Of a stretch of 32,000 nucleotides of DNA, positions 25,247 through 32,000 are shown in pieces. This stretch comes from Fastidiosibacter lacustris (GTDB lineage: Bacteria > Pseudomonadota > Gammaproteobacteria > Francisellales > Francisellaceae): assembly GCF_003428155.1 (NCBI RefSeq), contig NZ_QLIR01000010.1, positions 41,748-73,747 on the forward strand, read 5' to 3'. Positions within the stretch are counted from its first letter, which is position 1. Every line of letters starts with the position of its first letter. The notes under the pieces were generated by a model, which made no database searches, was not told the DNA's origin, and saw only the letters and a list, made by a program, of their open reading frames with translations. The position numbers and the translations under genes were made by a program.

Positions 25247-26143
25247 TCAATGAGAAGTTAAACTTACCAAGGTTTTCTTCACTATCTGTTGCAATGGTTT
25301 AATCCAGTGATTAATAACCGAACTTTTACGATAAATAAGACCAATTTCTCTATAAGGGATGGGTTCTATAAAATCGATATAGTGAATACCTTTATATGGA
25401 CTAAAAACTGTTGCAATTTCAGGAATGATTGTAATGCCAAGTTTAGCAATTACCATTTGACGAAGAGTTTCTAAACCAGTTGCATTACACTGTATGCTTT
25501 GAGCGGGATTTAAATCTAGTGCTAATATTTGATCGCGTAGACAATGACCTTTTTCTAGAAAAAGCATGGCTTCGTCATTAAGTTTTGTAATATCAACTTT
25601 TTTTTGCTTGCTAAGGGGGTGACCATCGTAGACAGCAAGTTTAAATTTGTCTTTAAATAAAGGAATAAAATCCATACCTTGTGGTAAGGATGTTTTAGCA
25701 ATAAATGCAGCATCAATTTGACCATTTTGTAGCATCTGAATTAAAGTGTCTGTCTTTTCCTCGATTGGATAGATGTTGACTGTGCTTTTTTCTTGTTGAC
25801 TTATACGAATCAATCCTGGTAGTAAATATTGTGCTAATGTCGGAAATAAACCAACTTTAAAAAGCTTAGCTTCCTCTTTGTTATACAAATTAGCCGCACG
25901 TTTAATATCTTGTGCCAAGGTTAATAACCCTTGTGCTTTTGCAATGATCTCCTCACCTATAGGTGTAACAAAAATACTTTTTTGAAAACGTTCAAAGATT
26001 GCTACACCTAACTCTTCCTCTAATTTTTTAACTTGCATACTAAGTGCAGGTTGACTGACAAAACAAATCTGTGCTGCTTTGTTAAAATTTTTATATTTAG
26101 CTATTGCAACAATATACTCAAGATCTCGAATATTCATAGTCAA
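25247..26143 (-). CDS. oxyR: LysR-family peroxide-sensing regulator OxyR
   Basis: MNIRDLEYIVAIAKYKNFNKAAQICFVSQPALSMQVKKLEEELGV is near-collinear with the E. coli OxyR N-terminus. The redox motif GHCLRDQ is present, as is ATGLETLRQMV. The start may be the third codon (ATG at 26137). Confidence 0.85.
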   Translation of the reverse strand: MTMNIRDLEYIVAIAKYKNFNKAAQICFVSQPALSMQVKKLEEELGVAIFERFQKSIFVTPIGEEIIAKAQGLLTLAQDIKRAANLYNKEEAKLFKVGLFPTLAQYLLPGLIRISQQEKSTVNIYPIEEKTDTLIQMLQNGQIDAAFIAKTSLPQGMDFIPLFKDKFKLAVYDGHPLSKQKKVDITKLNDEAMLFLEKGHCLRDQILALDLNPAQSIQCNATGLETLRQMVIAKLGITIIPEIATVFSPYKGIHYIDFIEPIPYREIGLIYRKSSVINHWIKPLQQIVKKTLVSLTSH

Positions 26144-26241
26144 TTCAAACTTACGCAGGTTAAAGCTATCATTTAGATTTAAGCTTACTGTATTTTATGC
26201 CAAAATAAACATCAAAATTAAAACAATAAAGATTTATTTAG

Positions 26242-28134
<1,893 letters not shown>

Positions 28135-28206
28135 TTTTACTTTTTTAGTGTTAACTTTTAAAACACGTGCAGTATCGCGAATACCACTCTACCATTGCTA
28201 AACATA

Positions 28207-29487
28207 TCAAACACTACCAATAAAACGTGTAAATAGACTCAACGTTTTCTCTATATCTCTATCGCTATGTACACTTGAGATAAAACCAGCTTCAAATGCA
28301 GAAGGCGCAAAATACACTCCATGCTCTAACATAAAATGAAAAAAGCGACTAAATGTTTCAAGACTACAAGTTTTTACTTCATCAAAAGTACGCATATCTT
28401 TAGCTTTTGTGAAGAAAAGCCCAAACATACTGCCAATTGACTTTGCCATAAATGGGAACTTATGTACCTGTGCAATACGATTTAGACCTTGCACTAAAGT
28501 CTTTGTTTTTTCTGTTAAGCATTCATAAAATCCAGGCTGGCTAATTTTAGTTAGGGTAATTAAACCTGCTATCATTGCCACAGGATTACCTGATAAAGTA
28601 CCTGCTTGATAAACGGCACCAGAAGGCGCCACCATCTGCATAATTTCTTTTTTACCACCAAATGCACCAACAGGCATACCGCCACCTATAATTTTGCCAA
28701 AAGTTGTCAAATCCGGTGTTATCCCATACAACCCTTGTGCACCTGTTAAGGCTACTCTAAAACCTGTCATTACCTCATCAAATATCAGTAAAGCTTGATT
28801 TTGATCACAAAGCTTACGTAATTGACTTAGAAATAAGGGGTCAGGTTCAATTAAATTCATGTTTCCTGCAATGGGCTCCAAAATGATACAAGCAATTTCG
28901 TTAGGGTATTTTTCAAATAACGCTTCAACACTCTTAATATCATTAAAAGACGCTGTAAGTGTGTCTTTGACCGTGTTTTTAGGTACTCCTGGTGAGTTTG
29001 GTACACCAAACGTTAGTGCGCCAGAGCCTGCTGCTACTAAAAATTGATCAGCATGACCATGATAACAACCTGCAAACTTAATAAGTCTATCGCGCTTAGT
29101 AAAACCACGCGCCAAGCGTACAGCACTCATTGTAGCTTCAGTGCCTGAGCTTACAAAGCGTACCATATCAATGCTTTCAATCAACCCACAAATTTTCTGC
29201 GCTAGCTTTACTTCCAACTCACATGGAGCACCATAACTTAAGCCAAACTCGACTTGTTGTTGTACCGCTTTGATGACATCATCGTCAGCATGCCCTAAAA
29301 TCATTGGTCCCCATGAACCAACATAATCAATATATTGATTACCCTCGACGTCATATACATAAGCACCTTTTGCTTTTGCAATAAACCGTGGTATGCCACC
29401 CACTCCTTTAAAAGCACGCACAGGAGAATTCACTCCCCCTGGTATGACTTTTTGAGCTTGATCAAATAAATTTTGTGAGTTCATCAT
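28207..29487 (-). CDS. hemL: Glutamate-1-semialdehyde 2,1-aminomutase
   Basis: 426 aa. [46 protein letters not shown], and [16 protein letters not shown] (PLP Lys). Confidence 0.95.
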   Translation of the reverse strand: MMNSQNLFDQAQKVIPGGVNSPVRAFKGVGGIPRFIAKAKGAYVYDVEGNQYIDYVGSWGPMILGHADDDVIKAVQQQVEFGLSYGAPCELEVKLAQKICGLIESIDMVRFVSSGTEATMSAVRLARGFTKRDRLIKFAGCYHGHADQFLVAAGSGALTFGVPNSPGVPKNTVKDTLTASFNDIKSVEALFEKYPNEIACIILEPIAGNMNLIEPDPLFLSQLRKLCDQNQALLIFDEVMTGFRVALTGAQGLYGITPDLTTFGKIIGGGMPVGAFGGKKEIMQMVAPSGAVYQAGTLSGNPVAMIAGLITLTKISQPGFYECLTEKTKTLVQGLNRIAQVHKFPFMAKSIGSMFGLFFTKAKDMRTFDEVKTCSLETFSRFFHFMLEHGVYFAPSAFEAGFISSVHSDRDIEKTLSLFTRFIGSV

Positions 29488-29489
29488 TT

Positions 29490-30455
29490 TTATTTCTTTG
29501 ATTTCCTATTAATTATTCTATCTTCAACCACATCCATCAATATGTCAGTAGCATTAACACCAGTTTCATTATAAATCTGTTGGGTCATTGTTGGACTCGT
29601 GATATTGATTTCAGTCAAGGTGTTACCGATGACATCAATACCTGCAAATAATACACCATTCGCTTGTAAATCACGACCAACGATATGTGCAATTTCATAC
29701 TCTTCGGCATTAATCTTTCGAATTGAAGTAGAGGCACCGCGTGCTAAATTACCACGACTATCTTCACCACTTGGAATACGTGCCACTAAATATTCTAAAG
29801 GCTCACCATCAACGATGAGAATTCGCTTATCTCCATCTTTAATCGCAGGTTGATATTGCTGCACCATGATAAACTTAGATTCATATTGAGTGATGGTTTC
29901 TAAAATAACATTTTTGTTTGAATCGTTCGGTTGAATACGAAATATCGATTCTCCGCCCATACCATCTAAAGGCTTCACTACCACATCTTTATATTTTTCA
30001 ATAAAGGTTTTTATATGCTTAAAGCTACGACTAACCATTGTCTTGGGTGAAAGCTGAGGATAGTTGTTAATTGAAAATTTTTCATTAGCATCACGTAAAG
30101 TTCGTGGCTTATTAACAACCAAAGCACCTTGTTTTTCTGCTAATTCCAAAATATAAGTGGCATAAATAAACTCCATGTTAAAAGGTGGGTCTTTACGCAT
30201 AAAAATCACATCAAACTCACCTAATCTCATCTTATCACCAGGTATAAGTTGATACCACTTATTATGCTCTTTAGAACCCGTCAGCATTAACTCATAACCT
30301 ATCCCATAGGCAACACCATCCTCAACGAAAATGTCATTAAGCTCAAAAACATATTGTTGCCAATCCTTTCTAGCAACAGATAACATCATCATATACGCAG
30401 TATCTTTTTTAATATTAAATGTATGTAAAGGGTCGATAATAAACGCAACTTTCAT
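29490..30455 (-). CDS. gshB: Glutathione synthetase
   Basis: 321 aa, collinear with E. coli GshB ([58 protein letters not shown]). Its stop is 2 nt from the hemL start. Confidence 0.93.
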   Translation of the reverse strand: MKVAFIIDPLHTFNIKKDTAYMMMLSVARKDWQQYVFELNDIFVEDGVAYGIGYELMLTGSKEHNKWYQLIPGDKMRLGEFDVIFMRKDPPFNMEFIYATYILELAEKQGALVVNKPRTLRDANEKFSINNYPQLSPKTMVSRSFKHIKTFIEKYKDVVVKPLDGMGGESIFRIQPNDSNKNVILETITQYESKFIMVQQYQPAIKDGDKRILIVDGEPLEYLVARIPSGEDSRGNLARGASTSIRKINAEEYEIAHIVGRDLQANGVLFAGIDVIGNTLTEINITSPTMTQQIYNETGVNATDILMDVVEDRIINRKSKK

Positions 30456-30566
30456 TTTTCTTCCTTAATTTTAATAAAGTAAGATGATACAAGTTTTAAG
30501 GGTGGACTTTAGACCTTATCAAACAATACTTATGTTCAGTTTTATTGTTCAAATACTTCCTTTATT

Positions 30567-31400
30567 TTATAAAGTATCCTCAAGCAACACTTGTGACTTT
30601 ACCGCTTCATCAATTTGTTTTAACTGCATTAATAATGGTTTCATCTTCTGAATTGGCCAAGCATTTGGACCATCGCTTAACGCCTTTTCTGGATTGGGAT
30701 GGGTTTCCATAAATATACCAGAAATTCCGGCGGCAACTGCTGCTCTTGCTAAAACGGGTACGAACTCACGCTGCCCCCCTGATGAGCTCCCCTGCCCTCC
30801 AGGTAATTGCACAGAATGCGTTGCATCATATACAACGGGAGATCTTGTTTCACGCATAACTGCCAATGAGCGCATATCAGAAACTAAATTGTTATAACCA
30901 AAACTCACTCCTCGCTCACAGACCATCAGTTGTTTGTTGCCTGTTGTTTTAGCTTTTTCCATCACCTGTTTCATATCCCAGGGTGCTAGAAATTGTCCTT
31001 TCTTAATATTGACAGGCAAACCTTGTTCACATACACGAACAATAAAGTTTGTCTGACGACATAAAAATGCTGGTGTTTGTAACACATCAACAACAGCTAA
31101 TACTTCATCTAAAGGCGTATCTTCATGGACATCTGTCAATACAGGAACCTGTATTTCCTTTTTAACTTTTTCTAAAATTGCTAAACCTTTCTCAATGCCA
31201 AGCCCTCGAAAGCTGCTTATAGATGAACGATTAGCCTTATCAAACGACGACTTATAAATAAATGGGATATTAAGTTTTACTGTAAGTTCTTTTAGATAAC
31301 CTGCCGTCTCAAGTGCCAGTGTTTCAGACTCAATCACACAAGGACCTGCAATAAGGAAAAAAGGCTTATTTAAGCCAACTTCAAAATCTAATAATTTCAT
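30567..31400 (-). CDS. kdsA: 2-dehydro-3-deoxyphosphooctonate aldolase (KDO-8-P synthase)
   Basis: [40 protein letters not shown], and [10 protein letters not shown] are KdsA signatures. I start at the ATG at 31400. The track start at 31424 is TTG and adds 8 non-conserved residues. Confidence 0.93.
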   Translation of the reverse strand: MKLLDFEVGLNKPFFLIAGPCVIESETLALETAGYLKELTVKLNIPFIYKSSFDKANRSSISSFRGLGIEKGLAILEKVKKEIQVPVLTDVHEDTPLDEVLAVVDVLQTPAFLCRQTNFIVRVCEQGLPVNIKKGQFLAPWDMKQVMEKAKTTGNKQLMVCERGVSFGYNNLVSDMRSLAVMRETRSPVVYDATHSVQLPGGQGSSSGGQREFVPVLARAAVAAGISGIFMETHPNPEKALSDGPNAWPIQKMKPLLMQLKQIDEAVKSQVLLEDTL

Positions 31401-31478
31401 ACGTAACTCTATTGCTATCAACAAATAGCAATAGTGTAATATCGTGATCTATAAATAGAAAGGAATTTCAAAGTATAA

Positions 31479-31625
31479 AACTTAACGTTAGCAACTAACC
31501 CGAACATCATCGATGAGCTTGCGCCTATGCTTGAAGCTGCGTCTAAAAGCTATCAGGTGTGTAAGGCGAGGATTGATGCTGCTGAGAAATTTGTGGCTGA
31601 GTTTGAGAAATCTAGTAATGACTAA
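31479..31625 (+). pseudogene. Start-less 3' ORF fragment (48 codons), unidentified
   Basis: The frame is open from a TAA at 31476 to a TAA at 31623: NLTLATNPNIIDELAPMLEAASKSYQVCKARIDAAEKFVAEFEKSSND*. The only in-frame ATG is internal (29 aa). It is visibly more GC-rich than its flanks. No family recognised. Confidence 0.25.
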
Positions 31626-31721
31626 AACACAAAAAATCAAAGTATTCCTAGCATACCTCATCCTTTACACCATCAATTGATCTTCACGCAAAAACTGATG
31701 ATAAAGTCAATAAATGAACCA

Positions 31722-31904
31722 TCATTTAATTAGTACTGGTTGAAACTTGGTGCCTTTACCATCGTCTTCAACTTTACGAAACGGTAAGGTAAACGAAAAT
31801 CTTGGTCCTTCAAATAAGGAATCATTTAATTCTTCACCATCACAGAGCAAGTCAGCATAATACTTCGCTAAGGTGTATAAGTTTAGACTTGACCTGACAG
31901 TTGC
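31722..31904 (-). pseudogene. Start-less 3' ORF fragment (60 codons), unidentified
   Basis: The minus-strand frame reads ATVRSSLNLYTLAKYYADLLCDGEELNDSLFEGPRFSFTLPFRKVEDDGKGTKFQPVLIK*, bounded upstream by an in-frame TAG with no ATG/GTG at its head. Another minus-strand frame enters from the right edge and stops at 31928 (..TPIATFTDGKTHWQEKVELLNHI*). This is consistent with a frameshifted or decayed gene. Confidence 0.25.
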
Positions 31905-32000
31905 CTATTTTTCAAACGCGATTTTTGTCAGATATGGTTGAGCAATTCAACCTTCTCTTGCCAGTGCGTTTTCCCATCAGTAAAAGTTGCTATTGGTGTT

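Noticed and set aside
28135-28206. Possible bidirectional terminator between the convergent parE and hemL genes (GTGTT..AACAC).
   Set aside because: It has only a 5-bp AT-rich stem with a mismatched extension and no clear U-tract on either strand. That is too weak to call.

Overview
This is an AT-rich (about one-third GC by eye), gene-dense chromosomal segment that looks gammaproteobacterial. The evidence is E. coli-like synteny (rhodanese-grxC-secB, oxyR, parE, gshB, kdsA, mnmG, trkA, rlmE) plus a NadM-Nudix fusion and a PACE transporter. Most of the window is housekeeping. On the minus strand at the left are a LysR regulator fragment, a DMT permease, ruvB and nagA. On the plus strand follow 5-formyl-THF cyclo-ligase, a BolA-like protein, chaA, rlmE, a PduO-type adenosyltransferase, trkA, mnmG and a lipoprotein. 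An accessory-looking block lies at about 11.4-18.6 kb, followed by tex, a MetC-like PLP enzyme, dolP, nadM-Nudix and a small secreted ORF missed by the ORF track. Then come secB-grxC-rhodanese-oxyR (minus), parE (plus), and hemL, gshB and kdsA (minus). The last ~600 bp hold only broken ORF fragments. I recognised no rRNA, tRNA, CRISPR array, transposase or integrase. The most interesting element is a translationally coupled three-gene minus-strand operon (12803-17131). It encodes three HlyD-type membrane-fusion (periplasmic adaptor) modules but no pump and no outer-membrane factor. One module is a free exported adaptor. One is fused to a cytoplasmic GAF-like domain. One is fused to an intact site-2 (M50) intramembrane metalloprotease that carries an N-terminal PqqD/RRE-like peptide-recognition domain. 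Two orphan response regulators, one with a degenerate receiver, bracket the operon, and a divergent PACE efflux gene sits beside it. I propose it as a candidate peptide-processing/export or trans-envelope signalling system. All domain calls come from reading motifs by eye and need HMM or structure confirmation.
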